A stretch of DNA of 64,000 nucleotides from an uncultured Actinomycetota bacterium. GTDB lineage: Bacteria > Actinomycetota > Actinomycetes > JAHEKZ01. The notes beneath the pieces were generated by a model, which was not told where the DNA came from, ran no database searches, and was given only the letters and a program-made list of their open reading frames with translations. The stretch spans positions 160,001 through 224,000 of the forward strand of contig CAWHIJ010000003.1 in NCBI GenBank assembly GCA_963829525.1, given 5' to 3'. Within the stretch, counting starts at the first letter, position 1. Every line of letters begins with the position of its first letter. A program made the translations under genes and the position numbers. This document shows, in pieces, positions 9,126 to 16,819 of this stretch.

Positions 9126-9468
9126 CGCCGGCGACCGATTCGACAGCAGCTAACTCGTCGTGGTGAAGGTCGAACACGGTGTCCATGCCGGTGAGGTGCA
9201 GGATCTTACGAATAGCTCCGTCGGGCACTACAAAGGCCAGTGCCACATCGGCCTCACGGCAGCGACGTTGACAGCCCACCAGCTCACCGATGCCTGTCGA
9301 GTCGATGAAGCCTACGCCGCGTAAGTCGACCACGATGCCGGCGTCCGCCGCGGTCTCGGCAGCGATCAGACCCTCACGGAACTGCTCCGAGGTGGCGAGG
9401 TCGACCTCGCCCTGGGGCGCAACTACGACTGTAGTTCCGACATTTCTCTGCCAGATCTTCAAGTTCAC
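9118..9468 (-). CDS. STAS-domain anti-sigma factor antagonist (RsbV-like)
   Basis: GEVDLAT, VVDLRGVGFIDSTGIG with the phosphorylatable Ser. Confidence 0.92.
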   Translation of the reverse strand: MNLKIWQRNVGTTVVVAPQGEVDLATSEQFREGLIAAETAADAGIVVDLRGVGFIDSTGIGELVGCQRRCREADVALAFVVPDGAIRKILHLTGMDTVFDLHHDELAAVESVAGDE

Positions 9469-9477
9469 AGTAGGACC

Positions 9478-9503
9478 CTACCCGGCGTGTGAAGACGGCA
9501 AAC
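9478..9503 (-). promoter_or_regulatory. SigB/SigF-type promoter of the STAS-antisigma-sigma operon
   Basis: Minus strand GTTT-N16-GGGTAG ending 9 nt before the GTG start. Confidence 0.75.
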
Positions 9504-9515
9504 CTGCCTCCGGAG

Positions 9516-9541
9516 GTTTTCTTCCGAGCCTGCGCGGGTAC
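9516..9541 (+). promoter_or_regulatory. SigB/SigF-type promoter
   Basis: GTTT-N16-GGGTAC upstream of the small ORF at 9574. Confidence 0.7.
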
Positions 9542-9573
9542 AAGCGCCTTACAACTTCCCGAGGAGGACCGCA

Positions 9574-9705
9574 ATGGCTTTGTTCCGCACCGTCTCCCGC
9601 ATTTCCATGGTCGTGAGCGCCGCGCTCGGCGCCTGGCGGCTGTGGCAGACCTGGCGCCAACGCCACCAGACGCCTACATCACCCCTGGCCACCTCCGACG
9701 TTTGA
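9574..9705 (+). CDS. Unannotated 43-aa protein MALFRTVSRISMVVSAALGAWRLWQTWRQRHQTPTSPLATSDV
   Basis: GAGGAGG RBS 6 nt before ATG, own sigma promoter; below the ORF-track cutoff. Confidence 0.6.
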   Translation: MALFRTVSRISMVVSAALGAWRLWQTWRQRHQTPTSPLATSDV

Positions 9706-9725
9706 TCCAGGCATCCTGCGGGTAA
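9700..9725 (+). promoter_or_regulatory. SigB/SigF-type promoter
   Basis: GTTT-N16-GGGTAA upstream of 9787. Confidence 0.7.
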
Positions 9726-9786
9726 TCCCTGCCTGACATTGATTCTCAAAAAAGAGCGTCTGAAGAAACCGTCCTTGGGAGACCTC

Positions 9787-9930
9787 ATGGAGATGCTGTT
9801 GTGGATCGTGGCCGTCATCTTGGTAGTGAGCGGCATCGTGGCCCTCGTCCGAGGTTCTGTTCTTTGGGGAGTCGTCCTGATCATCGTCGGACTGCTCGTC
9901 GGCCCCGGTGGTGTCAGCCTCTTCACCTAG
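9787..9930 (+). CDS. GPGG-motif small membrane protein (47 aa)
   Basis: Two short hydrophobic helices ending LLVGPGGVSLFT; GGGAGA RBS. Confidence 0.85.
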   Translation: MEMLLWIVAVILVVSGIVALVRGSVLWGVVLIIVGLLVGPGGVSLFT

Positions 9931-10049
9931 CCCACCGCACTTTCACCGAAGAAAACGATCATCGAGGACAGGCACAGCACGAACGACTGACTGAGCAGCA
10001 CAACTGAACAGCACAACAGCCAGGTCACCGCAAGGAAAGAGGGCGTCTG

Positions 10050-11090
10050 ATGCAATACGGAGCAGTTCTCGACGACGAGCAGCTGGCGTCGTCCGCTCTG
10101 CCACCACCGCGTGGACCACTCACTGATGCTCTCTTCGACCTGCTGACGCGTGACGCGCATCGCCCGCGGTTGGTGCTGCCACGTGTCGAGGACGGGGACG
10201 ACGACCCGCTCTACGGCGACGACTCCGCTCTCGCTCTCTACGCCCTTTACGAGCTGCACTACCGCGGCTTCGACGGCGTCGACGTGGCATGGGAGTGGCA
10301 GCCAGACTTGCTGGCCTGGCGAGGAGAGCTTGAGCAAGCGGTGGTCGCCAGACTGCACGAAGAGGTTGGAGCGCTACCGGATCGACCGCAGATTCCCGAC
10401 GCACTCCACGCGCTCATGGAGGATGCCGACGGTCCGAGTCTCTCTCGGTTTCTGCTGGAGACCGGCACCGTTGACCAGTTCCGCGAAATGGCGAAACACC
10501 GCTCCATCTACCAACTCAAAGAAGCCGACCCACATACCTGGATCATCCCCCGCCTCACCGGCCATCCGAAGGCTGCTGCTGTCGAAATCCAGTCAGACGA
10601 GTACGGCGACGGGGTCGCCCGCGACATGCACCAGAACCTCTTCGGGCTCACCATGAGTGAGCTCGGCCTAGATCCTTCGTACCACGCCTACCTTCCCGCT
10701 ATCCCGGGTTGGACGCTGGCCGGAGTCAACGCCGTCAGTCTCTTCGGCCTGCACCGAAGGTGGCTCGGCGCTGCCGTGGGACACCTGGCCATGTTCGAGA
10801 TGACCTCGGTCGAGCCGATGGGCGCCAGCGCTGCGGCGCTGCGGCGGCACGAGTTCGGCGCCGACGCGCGCCACTTCTACTCGGTCCACGTCGTTGCCGA
10901 TGCGCACCACCAAACCGTCGCCGCCGACCAGCTCGCCAAGGGGCTCGTGGACCAGCATCCCGACCTTGCCCACGACGTGCTCTTCGGCGCAGCCGCTGTC
11001 ATGGCGTTGGAAGGCGAAGCTGCGAGGCGGATGATGGCGGCCTGGGAGCGCGACCAGTCGTCGCTGCGTCCCGAGCAATCCGCGTTCTAG
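10050..11090 (+). CDS. Iron-containing redox enzyme / heme-oxygenase-like diiron oxidase
   Basis: LYELHYRGF, LKEADPH, DEYGDG...H, FEMTS, HVVADAHH metal-ligand pattern. Confidence 0.85.
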   Translation: MQYGAVLDDEQLASSALPPPRGPLTDALFDLLTRDAHRPRLVLPRVEDGDDDPLYGDDSALALYALYELHYRGFDGVDVAWEWQPDLLAWRGELEQAVVARLHEEVGALPDRPQIPDALHALMEDADGPSLSRFLLETGTVDQFREMAKHRSIYQLKEADPHTWIIPRLTGHPKAAAVEIQSDEYGDGVARDMHQNLFGLTMSELGLDPSYHAYLPAIPGWTLAGVNAVSLFGLHRRWLGAAVGHLAMFEMTSVEPMGASAAALRRHEFGADARHFYSVHVVADAHHQTVAADQLAKGLVDQHPDLAHDVLFGAAAVMALEGEAARRMMAAWERDQSSLRPEQSAF

Positions 11091-11094
11091 CCTT

Positions 11095-12204
11095 TCAGAT
11101 CTCGACATCTTCCTCAGGCATCGGCTCCACGGCTCGCGTCACTCGGAGGGCAACGAGGGCGACGTCGTCCTCAAGATCCTCCGCTACGAATGCCCTTAGA
11201 TCGGCCAGGATGCCGTCGGCACACTCCTCGACCGACGCCGCCTTCACCGCAACCCGCACCAATGAATCAGCAACCCCGAAGAACTCTCCGCGCGCATTGC
11301 GAGCGTCGGACAGGCCGTCGCTGTACATCAGCACCACATCATTGCGCCGCAGCCGAAGTGAGGCCACCACAGGCGTGTTGCTCCCGGAGATGAGGGAGAG
11401 TGGGGGGACGGGATCCACCTCGAGCTCACGGGCGTAACCGTCCCGAAGCAACAACGGCGGCGGATGGCCCGCGGACACATAGTGCAGCTGATCGACACAG
11501 AACTCGGCCACCAATGCCGTGACGAAGTCGGCGTCGGCGACCTCGCGGGCCACCGAGGCATTCATCCGACCAATGAGATCACCGAGGTCTTCTTCGATAA
11601 ATGCCCATTCGCGGAAGGCACCAACCGCTATGGAGGACGACAGGACGGCCGGAAGCCCCTTCCCTCGCGCATCCGCCACGAGCACACGGAGCCCGAACGG
11701 TGTGAGGACTGCCTCATAGGCGTCCCCCCCGATGTTCGCCTCCATCGATGCCGATACATAGCGCACAGCGGCATCCACCCCGTCCGCCTGCGGCGGATCC
11801 ATGCGCATGATCGCCCGCTGTGCGGTCTTGGCCACCTCACCGACAGCGAAGAGGAGGTTGGCCTCCTTCATGCGTGACTGCGCCGCCACGATGCCTACGA
11901 CAGTGGAGGTCAGCATCGCGGCGATCCTGGCGTCCTGTGAGACGTCCCATGCCACACCGAGCCAGAAGGATCCGAGCACAAAGGCAAGGGCGGCGAACCC
12001 AGCCGCCATCGCGACCCGCACGGCGCGCTGCACCAGAACCGCGGCCAACATCGGAGACACCGCGAGCAGCCCAAACACGGGCTGGCTGGTCTCTTCGGCT
12101 GCGACGATATTGAAGAGGGTGACCGAAACGGTGAACGCGGTGCTTGCCTGCATACCTCGGTCGCGGTACCACGGCTGGACGCGGCGTGACTTCTGAGAGA
12201 TCAC
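11095..12204 (-). CDS. Membrane-bound PP2C/SpoIIE Ser phosphatase (RsbU-like)
   Basis: N-terminal TM helices; IGGDAYE, VADARGKG, SAGHPPP, YSDGL, EDDVAL. Confidence 0.9.
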   Translation of the reverse strand: MISQKSRRVQPWYRDRGMQASTAFTVSVTLFNIVAAEETSQPVFGLLAVSPMLAAVLVQRAVRVAMAAGFAALAFVLGSFWLGVAWDVSQDARIAAMLTSTVVGIVAAQSRMKEANLLFAVGEVAKTAQRAIMRMDPPQADGVDAAVRYVSASMEANIGGDAYEAVLTPFGLRVLVADARGKGLPAVLSSSIAVGAFREWAFIEEDLGDLIGRMNASVAREVADADFVTALVAEFCVDQLHYVSAGHPPPLLLRDGYARELEVDPVPPLSLISGSNTPVVASLRLRRNDVVLMYSDGLSDARNARGEFFGVADSLVRVAVKAASVEECADGILADLRAFVAEDLEDDVALVALRVTRAVEPMPEEDVEI

Positions 12205-12286
12205 GGCTCGAGGATTGTGTGCAGGTCCTCGCCCGTCAAGAGGGGGCCCGTCAGTCCGTACGTCTTTAGCTTCTGGTCACCGGGGC

Positions 12287-13174
12287 TCATGGCGATGTCT
12301 GAACGTTGGGAACACACACCAGTAGCGCATCCGGTTCGGCGCGTACCTTCAGACGCTTCGTCTTGACTCGGTCACCACCGTCAACCTGGTACAACCTGCT
12401 CGACTTCAGTCCGATGTCAATCTTGCGCGCCGATGTCATCTCGACGTACTTCGCGCGGGCAGTCTTTCCAATTGCTGCGCGTCCCAGCACTCTCGCCCAC
12501 TGCGTTGGACTGGTTGCGGTTATGACAGCCACGTCAAGTTTTCCGTCATGAGGGGTCGCGTCGTCAAACGCATCAATCCCGCCGAGAACACGTCCCACGT
12601 TCCCTACGATCACGCATCCAGCCTTGCCGGAGAAGAACTTCACTCCGTCAACCTCGACGCGGACCTTGACCACAGCGCTGTTGACATTCCTGATACCGGT
12701 TAGCACATAGGCGCCACGTCCGAGACGATCCTTCAAGCCCCCGTCAGCGTCACGAATCATCAACGCATCGGCGCCGACACCGGCCATCACCCCGAAGCGC
12801 TCGCCGTTGATTCGACCCACGTCAACCGACCGCACGTCCCCAACCAATCCAACCTCAACGGCCTGCTTGAGGTCGACCGGGATTCCTAGGTTGCTCGCGA
12901 ACAGGTTGCCGGTTCCCGCCGGAAGCACTGCCATTGCGACACCTGTCCCAGCCAAAAGGTTCAGACTGCGCTGGACCGTTCCGTCGCCTCCCCATACGAA
13001 GACCCGTTCCACCCCAGCGTCAATCGCTTTCTGAACGTACTTAGGAGCCTTCTTGCTCTTGGGCACCTCGAACCACAGGGGATCGGTGATGCCGTACCGC
13101 GCAAAGACCTCGCGCAGCTCGGCTAACCCTCCGTCGAGTGACTTCCTATTGTGTGCCACGACGGCGATCTTCAT
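12287..13174 (-). CDS. Diacylglycerol/lipid kinase family protein
   Basis: WGGDGTV, LPAGTGNLFA, YQVDGD; ATGA overlap with the upstream PAP2 gene. Confidence 0.9.
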   Translation of the reverse strand: MKIAVVAHNRKSLDGGLAELREVFARYGITDPLWFEVPKSKKAPKYVQKAIDAGVERVFVWGGDGTVQRSLNLLAGTGVAMAVLPAGTGNLFASNLGIPVDLKQAVEVGLVGDVRSVDVGRINGERFGVMAGVGADALMIRDADGGLKDRLGRGAYVLTGIRNVNSAVVKVRVEVDGVKFFSGKAGCVIVGNVGRVLGGIDAFDDATPHDGKLDVAVITATSPTQWARVLGRAAIGKTARAKYVEMTSARKIDIGLKSSRLYQVDGGDRVKTKRLKVRAEPDALLVCVPNVQTSP

Positions 13175-13932
13175 GAGGTGCTCTTCTCCAGCTCGGCGGA
13201 CTTGGGGGCACGATGGCGGGGGGCTGTGGACCCTATCCACGCGCGCACCGCAAGGATTGCCAACACGACGCTGGCGATTCCTATCAAGAAGCCGACCGCG
13301 ACATCGGTCGGATGATGCATCCCTCGGTAGACACGGGATGCCGCCACGATGGGGCCCACCAGCACCGCCACGATCCACGCAAACCACCGCACCGCCGTCG
13401 ATCGAATGTTCCAGCCGACAAGGACCGCCAAAGTCAGCGCCAAAGCTGTTGCGGCTGCGGTATGACCTGACGGATACGACGAGGTTGGGGGCGAGACATC
13501 GAGTTGCTCAACGTTCGGCCGGTCCCGCGGGACCAGGAGTGTTGTTGCGACAAACACTGAGACCTCGATAAGAAGTGCTGTTGCCAGCAGCAAGACCGAC
13601 GCCCAGCGACGCGCAATCAGAAACCCGATACCGACCAGAATCGCGATGGCAATTACTGTCAGGGTTTCCCCGAGACTGCTGCCGACCAGGGACCACGCTT
13701 CCCCCATCTCGGTGCGAGTCTTTTCGATGTCTTCCGGCAGAGTGCGATCCCACTGCAACAAAGAGCTATCGGCCAACGGGCCGGTAATGAGGACTCCAAC
13801 CCCCGCAATGAATCCAAGAAGGAGCAGCCAACCGCACGAGATCGTGATCCAGAAGCGGCCCCAGCGCCTCGCGGCTTCCTCACTGAGCTCGGGCTCGACG
13901 AATCGGTCTGAGTCGGCAGGAATTGGCGTCAC
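13171..13932 (-). CDS. PAP2 family phosphatase
   Basis: RDRP, SYPSGH, SRVYRGMHHPTDV. Confidence 0.9.
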   Translation of the reverse strand: MTPIPADSDRFVEPELSEEAARRWGRFWITISCGWLLLLGFIAGVGVLITGPLADSSLLQWDRTLPEDIEKTRTEMGEAWSLVGSSLGETLTVIAIAILVGIGFLIARRWASVLLLATALLIEVSVFVATTLLVPRDRPNVEQLDVSPPTSSYPSGHTAAATALALTLAVLVGWNIRSTAVRWFAWIVAVLVGPIVAASRVYRGMHHPTDVAVGFLIGIASVVLAILAVRAWIGSTAPRHRAPKSAELEKSTS

Positions 13933-13941
13933 ACTGGATGT

Positions 13942-13966
13942 ATACCCAGGAGTTCCACGGGTAAAC
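13942..13966 (-). promoter_or_regulatory. SigB/SigF-type promoter for the PAP2-DAG kinase genes
   Basis: Minus strand GTTT-N15-GGGTAT ending 9 nt before GTG 13932; an opposite-strand GGGTAA (13959-13964) precedes 13975. Confidence 0.7.
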
Positions 13967-13974
13967 ACTCTCGT

Positions 13975-14787
13975 ATGACGCCACTGCTGTTGACCCTCGT
14001 GGTCGCCGCCGCCGCCGCTTCCGCCACTTATGGCGCCCTAGCTCTCTGGCGGGCTCACCACCCTGGGAGCGGCTTCGCAGGTAGCGAACCAGACGCGATG
14101 GAAGAAGTCAGCGAGCCAACCCGCGTCTTGGGTACTGGTGTCGCCCTGGCGATCTTGGCAATCGCGGGGCTCTTCCTGGGCGGCCTGGTGCGAGAGATTG
14201 AGCGCGGAACGGCCCTCGTCCGCTGGGACGACCGCGTTGAACGGTGGGCATCTGACAACGCAGGAAACCTGGGGAGCGACGCGCTGAGATTGATTACCCA
14301 CCTCGGCGACACCCTCGTGGTCGTGATCTTGGCCACACTTGCCGCCGTGAGTCTGATCGCCATTCGGCGGCGGAGGCTCGCTCTCTTCGTCGTCATCGTG
14401 GTGTTTGGCCAGTGGGCACTGGCCAACCTCATCAAGGAAGTGACAGCACGGGCGCGCCCGGCCCTTGACCCCCTTGCGCCCTTCAGTGGCTATTCCTTCC
14501 CGTCCGGGCACTCGACAGCTGCGGCAGCCACCTATCTGGCACTCGCCCTCGTGCTGGTGGCGACTCGTCCTGGCTGGGACACGCGACTTGTGGTGTCGGG
14601 AGCTGTCGGCCTCGGCGCCGCGGTAGCGGCGAGTCGCACCCTGCTTGGCGTCCACTGGTTCAGCGACGTCCTAGGAGGCCTCGTTCTCGGCTGGGCATGG
14701 TGCTTCGTTTGCGCCTGGGCGGTGCAACTGACCGACACCCGCAACGGATCAGAAGACCGCGTCGCCTACCGTGTCAAGCATGAATAG
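13975..14787 (+). CDS. PAP2 family phosphatase
   Basis: KEVTARARP, SFPSGH, SRTLLGVHWFSDV. Confidence 0.9.
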   Translation: MTPLLLTLVVAAAAASATYGALALWRAHHPGSGFAGSEPDAMEEVSEPTRVLGTGVALAILAIAGLFLGGLVREIERGTALVRWDDRVERWASDNAGNLGSDALRLITHLGDTLVVVILATLAAVSLIAIRRRRLALFVVIVVFGQWALANLIKEVTARARPALDPLAPFSGYSFPSGHSTAAAATYLALALVLVATRPGWDTRLVVSGAVGLGAAVAASRTLLGVHWFSDVLGGLVLGWAWCFVCAWAVQLTDTRNGSEDRVAYRVKHE

Positions 14788-14848
14788 AACACGCAGGGAA
14801 GGACCACTGCTGTGATCCCGCCCTGCGTGTTCGGGTCATCGATCAGAT

Positions 14849-15022
14849 CTAGCGCTTAACTGCGTCTTTGATCTTCTCGCCGGCCTGCTTGACGTCAGCC
14901 TCCGACTGCTCGGCGCGACCCTTGTTCTCCAGGTCACGGTTGTCGGTTGCGTCACCGATGGCCTCCTTGGCCTTGCCCTTGGCGCTCTCGGCCGCGTTAC
15001 GTGCCTTGTCATCCATTCCCAT
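14849..15022 (-). CDS. csbD: CsbD family general stress protein
   Basis: KGKAKEAIGDATDNRDLENKG...KQAGEKIKDA; GAGGAG RBS. Confidence 0.9.
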   Translation of the reverse strand: MGMDDKARNAAESAKGKAKEAIGDATDNRDLENKGRAEQSEADVKQAGEKIKDAVKR

Positions 15023-15163
15023 ACTGGGGCTCCTCTCAGAACTCTCTGGATACCTTCCATCGAGAAGGACATCCCCGCCACAGCGCTGGCCAAACCTGAT
15101 CGACGACTTTCCGTCGCACACACCAAAGAGCGGGCGAGCTGTAACACATCTGCGGCGCTCCAC

Positions 15164-15646
15164 TCACACACTGCCGGAGGTTGGTCGATGAGCCACGATC
15201 CCCGGGACCCTGACGCGTATCAACAGGCCACTGATCACGAGCGCTGCGATGATCACGGTGGGCACTGCCCATTCACCCAGATCGCCAGCAACTCTGACCG
15301 TTAGCTGACCACATCCAGCGGCTACAAGGCCGGCATACGACCACGTCATGCAATAGGCATGCATGTTGATCGGCAACGGTGACCGGCTGCCCATGAGCAT
15401 CGGCAAGAGCCCGGCCACGATCGTCAGCAGACTTACCACCGCCAGAGCGTGGAAGACGCCGAAGGTGGCATTGCGGTGTACAAATAGCGCGGCCACATCG
15501 ACCGCGACCAGGCAGACGACATAGACCGAGCCGGCCCCACGGTGCCGGCCGATGCCCTTCGGGAGCGCCAGAACCACCGCTCCTACCACCAGAGCAGTGA
15601 CTGCCGCCATGATGTGCCCAGCTGCAGCGAGCCCTTGCCAGTCCAC
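15164..15646 (-). CDS. Membrane protein, DUF2306-like
   Basis: PKGIGRHRGAGSVY, FGVFH, HAYCMTWSY; several TM helices; start inferred. Confidence 0.7.
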   Translation of the reverse strand: MDWQGLAAAGHIMAAVTALVVGAVVLALPKGIGRHRGAGSVYVVCLVAVDVAALFVHRNATFGVFHALAVVSLLTIVAGLLPMLMGSRSPLPINMHAYCMTWSYAGLVAAGCGQLTVRVAGDLGEWAVPTVIIAALVISGLLIRVRVPGIVAHRPTSGSV

Positions 15647-15716
15647 GTCGATGATCAAACCACCCCGGAAACCTGACCGGCCCACACTTGAACCACCCGC
15701 AGGGTAGACAGGAGGA

Positions 15717-16355
15717 GTGTTGCCCCTCCTCGCCGTTGCGCTCGCGTCCTTCCTGACTCTCGCGCTGCTCGTGCAGGCCAGCCCGAGGGTGCGTGGCTGG
15801 GACCATTCAGTCGCCAGGTGGGTGGCCGAGGAGGTTTCGCCCAGCGCCGGCGGTCTCGCCCACGGGCTGACCCAGATCGGCAGCTCCCCCGTCTATATGG
15901 CGGTGTCCATGGTGGTCACCGTTGCCCTGCTGGTGACCCGACGCTTCCGGCTGGCCGGGTTCCTCGTGTGCGTCGTCCTCGGCCAATGGATGCTGTCCAA
16001 CCTCCTGAAGCACCTCTTCGAACGGGACCGTCCCACCATCGACCAGGTGGTCCATGCCTACGGCTACTCATTCCCCTCCGGGCACGCGACGGCGTCCGCT
16101 GCAGTGTTTCTGTCCCTTGCGCTCGTGGTTGCCGCAGTCCGGCCTCAGTGGAACAGGTCGCTGATCATCGGCTCAGCGATCGCCTTGGCAGTGCTCGTCG
16201 CCGGCACCCGGGTCGTCCTCGGCGTCCACTGGACGACCGATGTGCTTGCCGGTCTCGCTCTCGGTTGGACCTGGTGCCTGCTCTGCGCCTGGGTGTTCCG
16301 GGTGCTGCCCGTTCTGCTTACCGCTTCCACAAAGACAGCGACGGTGCGGATATGA
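15717..16355 (+). CDS. PAP2 family phosphatase
   Basis: KHLFERDRP, SFPSGH, TRVVLGVHWTTDV. Confidence 0.9.
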   Translation: MLPLLAVALASFLTLALLVQASPRVRGWDHSVARWVAEEVSPSAGGLAHGLTQIGSSPVYMAVSMVVTVALLVTRRFRLAGFLVCVVLGQWMLSNLLKHLFERDRPTIDQVVHAYGYSFPSGHATASAAVFLSLALVVAAVRPQWNRSLIIGSAIALAVLVAGTRVVLGVHWTTDVLAGLALGWTWCLLCAWVFRVLPVLLTASTKTATVRI

Positions 16356-16819
16356 GGTGGGTCCCCTACGTGGTCAGCGCGGTGGCAGTGGTGGTGACGC
16401 TCGCGGTCGCAGGCGCGGGTACCCGCCCGACCACTGACTGGTACGTCGACCTGGCCAAACCCTCATGGCAACCTGACCCATCGCTCATCGGTCTGGCATG
16501 GACGATCATCTACCCGCTGATCGCGATCGTTGGCGGATTCGTCTGGACCCAGCTCGAGGGGCGCGAACAACTGACGTGGGCTCTGCTGCTGACACTCAAC
16601 TTGGTGCTGAACGCCGCATGGTCGTGGGTCTTCTTCGTAGCTCAGGAGCCTTGGTGGGCTGTCGCCGAGATCACCTTGCTCCTCGTGAGCACCCTGGTGC
16701 TCGTAGCGATGGCCTGGCGCGCCGCACCATGGGCTGGCAGCGCGCTGCTTCTCTACGCAGCCTGGGCTGCGTTTGCCGGCTGGCTAACCTTCACGCTCGC
16801 CCGGTTGAACTCCGGGTGA
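16352..16819 (+). CDS. tspO: TspO/MBR tryptophan-rich sensory protein
   Basis: WYVDLAKPSWQP, LNAAWSWVFF; ATGA coupling to the PAP2 gene. Confidence 0.88.
   Translation: MRWVPYVVSAVAVVVTLAVAGAGTRPTTDWYVDLAKPSWQPDPSLIGLAWTIIYPLIAIVGGFVWTQLEGREQLTWALLLTLNLVLNAAWSWVFFVAQEPWWAVAEITLLLVSTLVLVAMAWRAAPWAGSALLLYAAWAAFAGWLTFTLARLNSG

Noticed and set aside
15030-15075. SigB/SigF promoter for csbD
   Set aside because: Only a partial match (GATGT...AGGTAT); plausible but too weak to call
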